In this document: piece after piece, positions 22,700 through 35,115 of the stretch
How the letters are laid out: each line of letters starts with the position of its first letter
Position numbering within the stretch: the stretch's first letter is position 1
From: Octopus sinensis
Taxonomy: Eukaryota
Direction of reading: 5' to 3'
Length of the DNA: 64,000 nucleotides
NCBI RefSeq assembly: GCF_006345805.1
Contig: NC_043014.1
Coordinates: forward strand, 7,812,001-7,876,000
Translations under genes and position numbers: made by a program
Notes under the pieces: generated by a model
What the model saw: the letters and a program-made list of their open reading frames with translations, nothing else
Told to the model about the DNA's origin: nothing
Databases searched by the model: none

Positions 22700-25636
22700 T
22701 TAAACAACTTTCTAATACAAAAAGCGAAAGTGACTCTTGTTGACTTAATTATTTTTTAATATAACCAATATGAAAGATAATATATTTAAATATTTATTCA
22801 GAACCATTATTACAAATGATAAATGGATCTGTTATTCAATAATTGTTGAAATTAGGCAAGGTAAATTTTGACACTAGAATCTTTCATGTTGCTTTGTTTT
22901 GAAATAACCATTGTCCTGGAATGAAATTGAAGAACGGAAGCAGGAAGAGAAAGAATGTGATGCTGCATGTAAAAGATGGGAGAATAGCAAAGACAAGAAA
23001 TAAGAGTGAACCAACTGGAGAAGGGCCAACACAACTGAATATGATGAACATGAAGGATATCTATGATAGTGAAAAAGAAAAAAAAATTGAAATCAGATAT
23101 GATATAGGCGCAGGAGTGGCTGTGTGGTAAGTAGCTTGCTTACCAACCACATGGTTCTGGGTTCAGTCCCACTGCGTGGCATCTTGGGCAAGTGTCTTCT
23201 GCTATAGCCCCGGGCCGACCAAGGCCTTGTGAGTGGATTTGGTAGACGGAAACTGAAAGAAGCCTGTCGTATATATGTTTATGTATATATATTTATAGGC
23301 GCAGGAGTGGCTGTGTAGTAAGTAGCTTGCTTACCAACCACATGGTTCCGGGTTCAGTCCCACTGCGTGGCATCTTGGGCAAGTGTCTTCTTTCTGCCGA
23401 CCATGCCTTGTAAGTGGATTTGGTAGACGGAAACTGAAAGAAGCCTGTCGTATATATGTTTATGTATATATATTTATAGGCGCAGGAGTGGCTGTGTAGT
23501 AAGTAGCTTGCTTACCAACCACATGGTTCCGGGTTCAGTCCCACTGCGTGGCATCTTGGGCAAGTGTCTTCTGCCGACCAATGCCTTGTAAGTGGATTTG
23601 GTAGACGGAAACTGAAAGAAGCCTGTCGTATATATGTTTATGTATATATATTTATAGGCGCAGGAGTGGCTGTGTAGTAAGTAGCTTGCTTACCAACCAC
23701 ATGGTTCCGGGTTCAGTCCCACTGCGTGGCATCTTGGGCAAGTGTCTTCTGCTATAGCCCCGGGCCGACCAATGTCTTGTGAGTGGATTTGGTAGACGGA
23801 AACTGAAAGAAGCCTGTTGTATATATGTATATATTTATATATATATATATATAAGCCTGTGTATGTTTGTGTGTGTGTTTGTCCCCCTAGCATTGCTTGA
23901 CAACCGATGCTGGTGTGTTTACGTCCCCGTCACTTAGCGGTTCGGCAAAAAGAGACCGATAGAATAAGTACTGGGCTTACAAAAAGTATAAGTCCCGGGG
24001 TCGATTTGATCGACTAAAGGCGGTGCTCCAGCATGGCCGCAGTCAAATGACTGAAACAAGTAAAAGAGAAAAAGAGAGAGTATGAAGTGCGAACACAGGC
24101 AACAAATGGTGAGATGATCATAGAGGGAGAATTGTCAGATGGAATTACACGAATGAAGAATACCGGGCAGAAGGGAATAGAATATGACATCATCATCATT
24201 TAACGTCCGCTTTCCATGCTAGTATGGGTTGGATGATTTGACTGAGGGCTGGCGAAGCAGATGGCTGCACCAGGCTCCAATCTTGATCTGGCAGAGTTTC
24301 TACAGCTAGGTGCACTTCCTAACGCCAACCACTCTGAGCGTGTAACATAAGAAAACATAAATATTGAATAGTTGCTTGATTTCGGAAATTTCCACCAAGA
24401 CAACACCATAAAAAAAAATGGGTGCTCCTATGAAGTGACATCATCATCATCATCATCATCGTTTAACGTCCGCTTTCCATGCTAGCATGGGTTGGATGGT
24501 TCAACTTGGGTCTGGGAAGCCCGAAGGCTGTGCCAGGCCCAGTCAGATCTGGCAGTGTTTCTACAGCTGGATGCCCTTCCTAACGCCAACCACTCCGTGA
24601 GTGTAGTGGGTGCTTTTTACGTGCCAGACGGAGCTGGAAAACAGCCACGAACGGATGGTGCTTTTTACGTACCGCCGGCACGAGGCCAGTCGGGGCGGCG
24701 CTGGCAACGGCCACGAACGGATGGTGGCCCAGACGAGTTGGTGGTGCAGTAAATATTAACAAATTGTGATTGGCTCCGACAACATCAGACAAATGAACAG
24801 TTGCCATACTCAATGTGACGCTTTGAGAATCCTCTTCTGAAATCTTATTTTGTACTCAAACTATTCTCTAATGAAAGCAATGAGAAAACTTATAATTCCT
24901 GGAAAAAATATCCAAAATTATCCTTGTGTAGTTTTCCTTACTCTTTACTCTTTTACTTGTTTCAGTCATTTGACTGCGGCCATGCTGGAGCACCGCCTTT
25001 AATCGGGCAACTCGACCCCGGGACTTATTCTTTTGCAAGCCCAGTACTTATTCTATCGGTCTCTTTTGCCGAACCGCTAAGTGACGGGGACATAAACACA
25101 CCAGCATCGGTTGTCAAGCAATGCTAGGGGGACAAACACATTTTTTGGTGTTAACATGGTCCCATTCGGATTTTTGCAGCTTATCTCCCTTGGTCGCTAA
25201 CACACCGTCGCGTATTTTTGCGATTACAAGAAATTCCTTTCGAACAGATTTTTCGTAATTCTTTTCTATAATAAAAAATAAAGGAAACAAGATAAAAAAA
25301 ACTTCTTTTTTTTTTTGTAATTAACACAGTATATATAATTTAAAATGGAAGTAAAAGAAATATGCTCTGAAATGAAACGCCATGTCAAAATAATTGATCC
25401 ATTAAGGGGTTAAATCAACTCCCAGCATTTCATTGACTTCTCAAAAAATGTAATAACCTCATACAAATTTGATCTCAGGACTCAGATACAGAAACTATGA
25501 AACATTTGGTCCAACACACAACTGATTCTTTCAATCCACATTCTCCCATCCAGTGAACTGGCAGACTACAATAGTTTAACATCATTTATGCAACTAAAAT
25601 GAAAGATTTTATCTTCAAAATCATAATTTCATCTAA

Positions 25637-26028
25637 TCTCTCTATATATAAAGCTGAAGTTGTCTGTGTGTGGCAGGTTTGGTAGCCTTCAACTAACACT
25701 ATCTCCTCCAAGATCCTGCGGCGCAAGTTGACCAAAATTGAGAGTATGATAGAAGAAGGCTTCCTCTTCCTTCCGTAGAAGAAAAATTCAGATCGGACCA
25801 TGTTAACACCAAAAATTATTTACATCAAAAAGGTGCCTTTTTTTCTATGAAAATCCCTATTTTTTACGATTTTTTGACTGCTGTGTCGTTATTTTTCGGT
25901 GTATTTCAACCAGAAAAATGTTCACTTAAAGAGAATAACAAGCTACATAAGGCAAGATTTTTACTTTTCATAAATTCCAATTCTAAAGGGTCGAAAGAAA
26001 GCCGAGCAATGCAGGGCCATACTGCTAG
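25637..26028 (+). mobile_element. Non-autonomous Helitron (second subfamily); mirrored at 29349-29740(-)
   Basis: A|TCTCTCTATATATAAAGCTG ... ACTGCTAG|T. Further 3' ends at 27517-20(-), 28339-42(+), ~26732(-) and ~19838(+). Confidence 0.85.
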
Positions 26029-26769
26029 TAATGTGTAAAAAAAAATATTAGAAAAGTGTTTTGAAAGACTTTTCAAAACGTATTTCTTGTGATAGCAATA
26101 ATATTTCTACAATCAAATCATTTATAAGATTTGCGGTGTTGATAGATTGAACAAAAGAGCAATAAGTTAAAACAGCGACAATCACTCAGAATAAATTCAC
26201 TGCATTTTATTAATCACCTCAAAGAAGAAGATGAGTTGAAAGACAACCATTTCTAGCAGCTGACAAAAGATATACGGTCTAAGGGAGAAAACTCTGTTCT
26301 CTTAATCCTATCGGTGTTCTCGTAAATATTTCCCGCACTTACCATTGGTCTGTTATTAACGTCTGATAACTTGATTTTTGAAACGACGTTAATTTTCAAA
26401 TGGATTTTAGGAGAACATTCAACATATCCGGATCTGGGTACTACCATGCACACATAAAAAACAAAAAAAAAAACAAAAATATCTTCTTAGTATATTAATG
26501 GTGAAACGTCATTAGTTCAACTATTAGACCTCTTGCATTCTGCGGGGTATCGGAGCGATTGAGATAACTTTGTGTCTAACTCCTTGTTTTAAAAATTATC
26601 ATTCTAAATAAACTATCTCATTTAAAAAAAATTCCCCCCCCCCCCAACAAACGCCCAGAATTTAAATGCATCAACCTGGACCGCAATCGTTGCCTGTCGA
26701 CCTTTGCCAGACGACCATGATCGAGGCCTGTTGCACTAGCAGCTATTCTCCGGCGATCTTTTTTTTTTT

Positions 26770-27220
26770 TTTAATTTTCAAGTATTTTTGGGAAAAATTT
26801 TCCTCAAAAATTTTTAAAAAATTTCCTCAAAAATTTTTTGAAAATTTTCCTCAAAAATTTTTGAAAAATTTCCTGAAAAATTTTTTGAAAATTTTCCTCA
26901 AAACTATTTTGAAAATTTTCCTCAAAAATTTTTGAAGAATTTTTCCCAAAAATTTTTTGAAAATTTTCCTCAAAAATATTTTGAAAATTTTCCTCAGAAT
27001 TTTTTCGAAAATTTTCCTCAAAATTTTTTTGAAAGTTTTCCTCAAAAATTTTTCCCAATTTTTCAAAAGTTTTGGGGAAAAATTTTCAAAAAAGTTTTGG
27101 GAAAAATTTTCAAAAGATTTTTGAGAAAAATTTTCAAAAAAGTTTTTGAAAAATTTTCCCAAAAATACTTGAAAATTTTTCCGAAAATTTTTGTTAAAAT
27201 TTCCTCAAAAATTCTCTGAA
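26770..27220. repeat. AT-tract array, ~22-23-bp unit GAAAATTTTCCTCAAAAATTTTT, with an internal orientation switch
   Basis: Directly visible. 26772-26800 is the reverse complement of ~27148-27178. Confidence 0.95.
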
Positions 27221-27229
27221 AATTGGAGA

Positions 27230-27513
27230 TAGCCGGAGATTTGCGGAATAGCATTTTGGGAGATGTCCCAATAATGCTGGGTGTTAAAACACCTGTGAGA
27301 GAGTGAGGTGAGTGAGATAGGCGGAGATAGGCGAAGATAAGCGGAGTTTGCCGAAGATTGCCGGAGATAGGCGGAATAGTATTTTGGAAGATTTCGCAAT
27401 AATGCTGGGTGTTAAAACACCTGGGAGAGAGAGAGAGAGTGAGATTGGCGGAGATGGGCGGAGATTGGCAGAGGTACACGGAGATTTGCGGAATAGCATT
27501 TAGGGAGATTTCC
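27230..27513. repeat. ~125-bp unit x2.5 containing GGCGGAGATA-type subrepeats
   Basis: GCGGAATAG(C/T)ATTTTGG...AATAATGCTGGGTGTTAAAACACCTG is repeated. Confidence 0.85.
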
Positions 27514-28524
27514 ATACTAGCAATATCGCCCGGCGTTGCTCGGGTTTGTTTCGACCTTTTAGAATTGGAATTTTTGAAAAGTAAAACTTTTGCATTATGT
27601 AGCTTGTTATTCTCTTTCAGTGGACATTTTTCTGGTTGAAATACACCGAATTAACTTTTCATTTCAGATCATTGTTAATAGAAATCACGGGTTAATAATA
27701 TTTGCTGTTATAGATAAGATTTTTGTTTACCAGTTGCAGACGGTGAGATTGTCAGGCCGCATACATTTTGGATAATGATTTAATGCAACCCGTGCATTTT
27801 TCTACAAAATATAATGATAATAGTCTCAGCACGGGCATCAATCAACATATCCGGATCTGTATAAACTTACATTACTGTTATCCGTTCGCTCATGATCATA
27901 AGCCTTTTTGCATGAAACATATAGACCTTACTTCTATAATAGAAATTGGACATGGACGATCGTTATATTCTTTCTTGTCTCGAGGTTCACAGTCAAACGG
28001 CTGGGTGGATTTGCGTGAAAAATGGCACACATGTGGAGACGGGTGTATAGGTTGGAATGCAGTTTGTATTTTTACCATAGCCCCCATACTTACCGAGAAA
28101 ATCGATTAAAAATTTTTCTAATGGAATTCCCCTCGTTCTTCCGCCATTAAAACAACCAGTTGCTTGGAAGCTGTTTTCTGATGGGGTGGTGCCAGGAAAT
28201 TTTCATATAGCTGGAGGCTCCAATCGAAACAGGGGACCCCAAATGATAAGGTTGAGAAACGCTGTTATAGATTATGCCTAACCGAAAACGATCACAGCCA
28301 CCTCATCCAAACAGACCGGGTGAAACCGGGCTTAGCTGCTAGTAACATATAAAGCGCAACAGGCCCCGATGATGGCCGTTTGGCACAGGTCAACTGCCAC
28401 GATCGAGACCCAGATAGATGCATTTAAATTATGGGCGTTTGTTAGGGGTGGGGCTGATGTCGCTCAATCGCTCCGATACCCCCTAGAATGCAAGAGGAGT
28501 AATAGTTCAACTAATGACGTTTCA

Positions 28525-28874
28525 GGTGATGGACATATTTACAAAGTCAGAAAACAGCACAGCTCCCATGACTTTCGGAAACATTTTTTCACAGTAAGAG
28601 TTGCTGAAGCATGGAACAAACTGCTGGCATCAGTTATTAGTTGTCGGAGCACTGCATCTTCAAAACTTCCATGCTTCCTGAGATTTGCCAACGCTACACC
28701 TGATTTTCTCCCCTCCATACACACGCAAGCATGTATCTAACTCTTACACTGTTCGCTTCACAGACACTTGTACATTACTGCATATGCTTTATACGCACTT
28801 TTGACAAGTTGTGGTGCACTTGAGCACTGTATACAATAATTTCATTATTATTTATTATCATTTTTAAACCTTGC
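28525..28874 (+). mobile_element. 5'-truncated CR1/L2-type LINE 3' end, inserted in the right arm only
   Basis: GHIYKVRKQHSSHDFRKHFFTVRVAEAWNKL plus 3' UTR and TTA tail. The left arm shows the empty site (GGTGAAACG). Confidence 0.85.
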
Positions 28875-29967
28875 CACCATTATATACTAAGAAGATATTT
28901 TAGCTATCTTTTTGTTTTTTATGTGTGCATGGTAGTACCCAGATCCGGATATGTTGAATGTTCTCCTAAAATCCATTTGAAAATTAATGTCGTTTCAAAA
29001 ATCAAGTTATCAGACGTTAATAACAGACCAATGGTAAATGCGGGAAATATTTACGAGAACACCGATAGGATTAAGAGAACAGAGTTTTCTCCCTTAGACC
29101 GTATATCTTTTGTCAGCTGCTAGAAATGGTTGTCTTTCAACTCATCTTCTTCTTTGAGGTGATTAATAAAATGCAGTGAATTTATTCTGAGTGATTGTCG
29201 CTGTTTTAACTTATTGCTCTTTTGTTCAATCTATCAACACCGCAAATCTTATAAATGATTTGATTGTAGAAATATTATTGCTATCACAAGAAATACGTTT
29301 TGAAAAGTCTTTCAAAACACTTTTCTAATATTTTTTTTTTACACATTACTAGCAGTATCGCCCGGCGTTGCTCGGGTTTGTTTCGACCCTTTAGAATTGG
29401 AATTTATGAAAAGTAAAAATCTTGCCTTATGTAGCTTGTTATTCTCTTTAAGTGAACATTTTTCTGGTTGAAATACACCGAAAAATAACGACACAGCAGT
29501 CAAAAAATCGTAAAAAATAGGGATTTTCATAGAAAAAAAAGCACCTTTTTGATGTAAATAATTTTTGGTGTTAACATGGTCCAATCTGAATTTCTCTTCT
29601 ACGGAAGGAAGAGCAAGCCTTCTTCTATCATACTCTCAATTTTGGTCAACTTGCGCCGCAGGATCTTGGAGGAGATAGTGTTAGTTGAAGGCTACTAAAC
29701 CTGCCACACAAAGACAACTTCAGCTTTATATAGAGAGAGATTAGATGAAATTATGATTTTGAAGATAAAATCTTTCATTTTAGTAGCATAAATGATGTTG
29801 AACTATTGTAGTCTGCCAGTTCACTGGATGGGAGAGGGTGGATTGAAAGAATCAGTTGTGTGTTGGACCAAATGTTTCATAGTTTCTGTATCTGAGTCCT
29901 GAGATCAAATTTGTATGAGGTTATTACATTTTTTGAGAAGTCAACGAAATGCTGGGAGTTGATTTAA

Positions 29968-30820
29968 CCCCTTAATGGATCAATTATTTTGACATGGCGT
30001 TTCATTTCAGAGCATATTTCTTTTACTTCCATTTTAAATTTTATACACTGTGTTAATTACAAAAAAAAGAAGTTTTTTTTTATCTTGTTTCCTTTATTTT
30101 TTATTATACAAATTAAAATGTACTTTTACTCATTTGGATTTAAACGAGTTAACTCAGACATTGAAAAAATACATATAACTTAACTATCTTCGATTTTTTA
30201 TACGATGTATTGCTTTTAAATCAAAGGAAAATTTTTTTTAAATGAGATAGTTTATTTAGAATGATAATTTTTAAAACAAGGAGTTACACACAAAGTTATC
30301 TTGCAGACATCACACATGTATCTGCTTTCTCTTCGAATCTTCTTTCCTTTAGCTTCTCTCTTCTCTGAGCATTTTTCACACTGTCTTGTAGGGTTCTTTT
30401 TCTTATCACTTGGTGGTATTTCCATGGGAAAGTGACCAGCTGGGGCAAATCTTGTTGGATGTGGGATTGATGATGGCCTTCCTGGTTTCGTGGGAGTCAA
30501 TAAGGGCCTATATCTTTCAATATTCCTGGTGATTATTTGCATTGTAAATTTCAGCGGTTTCATAACACAAAGTGAAGTTTCCATAGATGTTTTATACAAA
30601 ACATAAGCATTCCAGAGAGCCAAATCCATCAAATGAAAAAATACCTTTTTTTTTAAACAACGCGAGTAAATTCGTGATTGCTCAAAAATGAAACGACACA
30701 AAACAAATAAACTCGTTTGAGTGCTGAAGTTAAAAGTTAATTTTGACCGAGTATCCTCGTCTGGTTCTAAAAAGATACATTTGCGATGCAAGAGTAAACT
30801 CAGGATAATCCATTAAGAGA
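29968..30820 (-). mobile_element. Internally deleted piggyBac with transposase C-terminal cysteine-rich domain
   Basis: TTAA-CCCCTTAATGGAT ... ATCCATTAAGAGA-TTAA. The ORF at 30252-30791 encodes KKVFFHLMDLALWNAYVLY...TRQCEKC...RRESRYMCDVCKITLCVTPCFKNYH. CGAGTNAACTCG-like subterminal motifs are present. Confidence 0.9.
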
Positions 30821-31139
30821 TTAATTAGCTATTTCCACTCGAACCATACCTATTTGTGTTGCTGTCTACTTTATCTTTCAATTTCTTGACATGGATCCTT
30901 CAACCCAAAATATATGTAGTTGTACTGCTGTTGTTTCAAAGGTGATGTTGTACACCCATCTTTCAATTGTGCCTCAGTCTCCAAATATATGACATTATCC
31001 CAACATCCCAAATGCGTGACATTGTGCCCACACACTCCAAAATATGTGGCATTGTTCCCATCCACGTCCCAAATGGATGACATTGTATATCCGTTCTGGT
31101 AAAAATCATCGGGGCTCAACGGATTAGGACTATCCGGCC

Positions 31140-31355
31140 TCGAACGGTATGGTTGAACGATTCCACCGTCAGCTGGGAGCGGCTTTACGAGCCTCTCTTG
31201 ACACCCAGCGTTGGACTGAGTATCTTCCTATTGTTCTCCTCGGTATCCGAACATCAGTTAAGGAGGACCTTGGTTTCTCTCCAGCTGAGCTGCTTTATGG
31301 GGCCCCATTGTCCTTGCCGGGGAAGATCCTCGCACCAGTCGATCTTACTACTCGG
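31140..31355 (+). pseudogene. Gypsy LTR-retrotransposon integrase core fragment
   Basis: SNGMVERFHRQLGAALRASLDTQRWTEYLPIVLLGIRTSVKEDLGFSPAELLYGAPLSLPG. Confidence 0.92.
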
Positions 31356-32146
31356 GACCCTGCCCAAAATATGTGGCATTGTTCCTATCCACGTCCCAAA
31401 TGGATGACATTATATATCTGTTCTCCAAAATCTGTGATACTGATCCCCGCCGCCCCGAATGCATGGCTTGGAGGAATATAATAAATAAAAAGCAGATAAA
31501 TGAGCCCTAATAAATCATTATATTCTTTTACTATTTTACTCTTTTACTTGTTTCAGTCATTTGACTGCGGCCACGCTGGAGCACTGCCTCTAGTCGAGCA
31601 AACCGACCCCGAGACTTATTCTTTGTAAGCCCAGTACTTATTCTATCGTTCTCTTTTGCCGAACCGCTAAGTGACGGAGACGTAAACACACCAGCATCGG
31701 TTGTCAAGCAATGCCAGGGGGACAAACACAGACACACAAACACACACACACACATATGTATATCAGCCGCCTGTTCTACACGTGTCACCTCTACCGAAAA
31801 GGTAATCGCTTTCCACGCTTGCTGATCAATTGTTTTTGTCTCAAAGTCGTAAGACGCCCCTTGTCATTCCTGTTTTCATCCGTTATTGTCTCCAATTTTA
31901 TCTTCGTCTCTTGTTTTCCTATTCGTCTCTGTTGTTGCGTTCACATTCTTTCCTTCTACCAAAGAAATCTAATGCCCATAGCTTAGCTTTTCGTTGGGGA
32001 TGGCCGCTTTGGAGCAAATCTCAGAATTAAACAGCCGAAATTTGCCATGATGAATCGGTTTCTGACTGAAGAACGAAGGCTTCGAATGACTGTTTTCCGT
32101 GTTCGTCACTTCGTGTATTTCACGTTCTTTATATATAAAGTTTTAT

Positions 32147-32262
<116 letters not shown>

Positions 32263-32266
32263 TATA

Positions 32267-32462
32267 TAGTACATGAGCCGTTCCAGTTAATACGATTTTT
32301 TGCACTTCCTGTAGGGATGGTAAGCCTGGAATCATTTTCAAATAGGTTTCAGTACCTTTTTTTTTATCATTCCTAGAGATCCTACCATCACTGGTACTGT
32401 AGTCGCCTTGAGATGCCACATTTTTTCAATTTCTATTAGCAAGCTTTTAATATTTACTGATC

Positions 32463-32463
<1 letters not shown>
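32267..32463 (-). pseudogene. Second R4/Dong-type LINE C-terminal fragment
   Basis: Minus-strand translation LLIEIEKMWHLKATTVPVMVGSLGMIKK/GTETYLKMIPGLPSLQEVQKIVLTGTAHVL. It is homologous to, but distinct from, the C-terminus of the adjacent element. Confidence 0.8.
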
Positions 32464-32545
<82 letters not shown>

Positions 32546-32548
<3 letters not shown>

Positions 32549-34516
32549 TAGTTTTATTTTTATAGCGTGCTTTCACTTCACTACCGAGCACAGCTCTCTG
32601 TGCCTTGGGTATGTGCTGTGATTTGTTGTGATGCTCTGATGGTTATTGTATGGAAAGTGTTCTGCGTAGGATGTGTGCAGTGCCTAGTAGTGCAATTTTC
32701 TGTATGTTATATGTGTTTGTAAGTCCTGGTGTTTTTGTTATGTATTTGTCTGAATATTTTTTTATCATGCCTAATGCACCTACTATGATAGGAATTGTTT
32801 CTGTTTTCAGGTTCCACATTCTAGTTACCTCTATTTCCAGGTCTTGTATTTTGAGAGTTTCTCCATTTCTTTTAGAGACACGTTGTCATCTGCCGGTATT
32901 GATACATCAATTAGAAAGCATTTTTTTTCTTCATGATCTCTGACAACTATATCTGGTCTGTTGGCCTTAATTTCTCTATCTGTGTGTATCGGCATATCCC
33001 AGAGTATGGTTGCTTTCTCGTTTTCTGTGACCTTTTCTGGTGTGTGCCTATACCATCTTTTTCTGTTGTTATTCCATAATGTTGGCATAGCTTCCAGTGT
33101 ATGTAGGTTCCAACTCTGTCATGTCTGTGAATATATTCCTTCTTAGCCAGGACTGGCCAGCCAGAGATAATATGATTTATTGTTTCTTGTCCATCTCCAC
33201 ATATTCTGCAGTTACTTGTTATATTTCTTTTCATTACATGTTTTTGGTAATTTCTGGTGGGGAGGCTTTGGTCTTGTGCTGCAATTAAAAATCCCTCTGT
33301 CTCTGCTTTGAGTCCTAAGCTTCTCAACCATTGCTGGGATTTTTCTTTGTCTATTTCTTTTGGATTTAGTTTAGTCCAGTATTTACCATGAAGGGGCTTT
33401 TCTTGCCATCGTTTTATCATGGTTCTTTGCTATTCTAGTTTTAGTTTGGATTTCATTTGCTTTATAGCTTTTGTTGTTTCTTCTTCTTCTTCTCTTCTTC
33501 TTCTTCTCTTCTCTTCTTCTTCTTCTTCTTCTTCTTCTTCTTCTTCTTTTCTTCTTCTTCTTCTTCTTCTTCTTCTTCTTCTTCTTCATATTTGTTAGGT
33601 GGTATGGTTTCTTGTTTGTATTTGTCAGCTTCCTTAAATACTGAGAACAGTTTTTTGTTTTGCTCGTGTTTGCCGCTATTTGTATCAGTTTTCCTTCTTC
33701 TGAAGTAGATATTTTTGCAGTCCTATGGTGGTTATTTTATAGCAGTTTTCCAGCTGTATAAGGCCTCTACCACCTTCTATACGTTGTATATGTAGGCTTT
33801 CTATGTCAGATTTTGGGTGATGCATCCTAGATCCTGTCATTATTTTTCTTGTTTTCCTATCTATTTTGGTGTTCATTTAGTGTCCAGTTAAGGATATTGT
33901 AGCTATAACTTATAACTGGGACGGCTAAAGTGTTGATACCTATTATCTTGTTTTTAGCATTGAGCCCTGTGTTTAGTATTGATCTAACTCGTCTATAATA
34001 TTCTTTTTTTATTTTCTCTTTCATTTGTGTGTGTTGTGTCTTATCTAGTTCATGGATTCCTAAGTATTTGTAAGTTTGGCTTTGGTCTAATTCTTTTATT
34101 TCATTGGTTTTATCTAGTGTGATGTTGCTACTCTTAACTAGTTTTTCTCTTTTCATGGTTACTTTGGCACATTTTTCTAATCCAAATTTCATATCTATTT
34201 CTTTGGTAAATCCATGAACTGTCATTAATAGTGTTTCCAGCTGTTTGTCATTTGCAGCGTATAGTTTTAGGTCATCCATATATAAAACGTGGCTGATCGT
34301 TTTGCCGTAACATTTATATACGCATCCAGTACTATTTAGCATATCAGATAGAGGTGACAGTGCCAAGCAGAAAAGGAATGGAGAGAGCGTGTCTCCCTGG
34401 AATATTCCTCTTCTAATGGGGATGGCTTTGGTTTTCATGAGTCCCTCTTTTGTTTGGAGCTGTAGCACTGTTTGCCATTTATTCATAGAGTGTCCTATGA
34501 ATTTTATAATTTTATA

Positions 34517-34520
<4 letters not shown>
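32546..34520 (-). mobile_element. 5'-truncated R4/Dong-clade non-LTR retrotransposon (RT, CCHC knuckle, restriction-like endonuclease), frameshifted
   Basis: RGIFQGDTLSP..F, LYMDDLKLY, YKYLG; CRICG...ETINHIISG(W); ANRPDIVV...LIDVSIP...EKLSKYK. Interrupted by (CTT)n at 33478-33588 and flanked by (TTA)n on both sides. Confidence 0.92.
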
Positions 34521-34576
<56 letters not shown>

Positions 34577-34634
34577 CATCATCATCATAATCATCATCAT
34601 CATCATCATCATCATCATTATTATTATTATTATT

Positions 34635-34687
<53 letters not shown>

Positions 34688-34735
34688 ATTATTATTATTA
34701 TTATTATTATTATTATCATCATCATCATCATCATC

Positions 34736-34766
<31 letters not shown>

Positions 34767-34834
34767 TATTATTATATATTATTATTATTATTATCATCAT
34801 CATCATAATCATCATCATCATCATCATCATCATC

Positions 34835-34865
<31 letters not shown>

Positions 34866-34877
34866 CATCATCATCAT

Positions 34878-34918
<41 letters not shown>

Positions 34919-34962
34919 TATTATTATTATTATATTATTATTATTATTATTATTATTATCAT

Positions 34963-34994
<32 letters not shown>

Positions 34995-35048
34995 TCATCA
35001 TCATCATCATCATCATCATCATTATTATTATTATTATCATCATCATCA

Positions 35049-35084
<36 letters not shown>

Positions 35085-35115
35085 TATTATTATTATTATT
35101 ATCATCATCATCATT
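34520..35115. repeat. Compound (TTA)n/(TCA)n microsatellite
   Basis: Directly visible alternating blocks. Confidence 0.98.

Larger units (their letters stand above)
25267..30108. repeat. Large imperfect inverted duplication (arms ~25267-26745 and ~28340-30108)
   Basis: The arms are reverse complements over >1.3 kb and include a piggyBac end, a Helitron and unique flank. The ORF track shows mirrored identical peptides (26253-26453 / 28923-29123). Confidence 0.95.

Noticed and set aside
26666-27515. K/F/N-rich ORFs
   Set aside because: Translations of the AT-tract array on both strands.
30871-31119. 82-aa minus-strand ORF (NATYFG/NVTHLG/NVIYLE) as a receptor or peptidase exon
   Set aside because: The periodic peptide is explained by a ~29-bp degenerate DNA repeat, and no convincing splice sites or domain were found.
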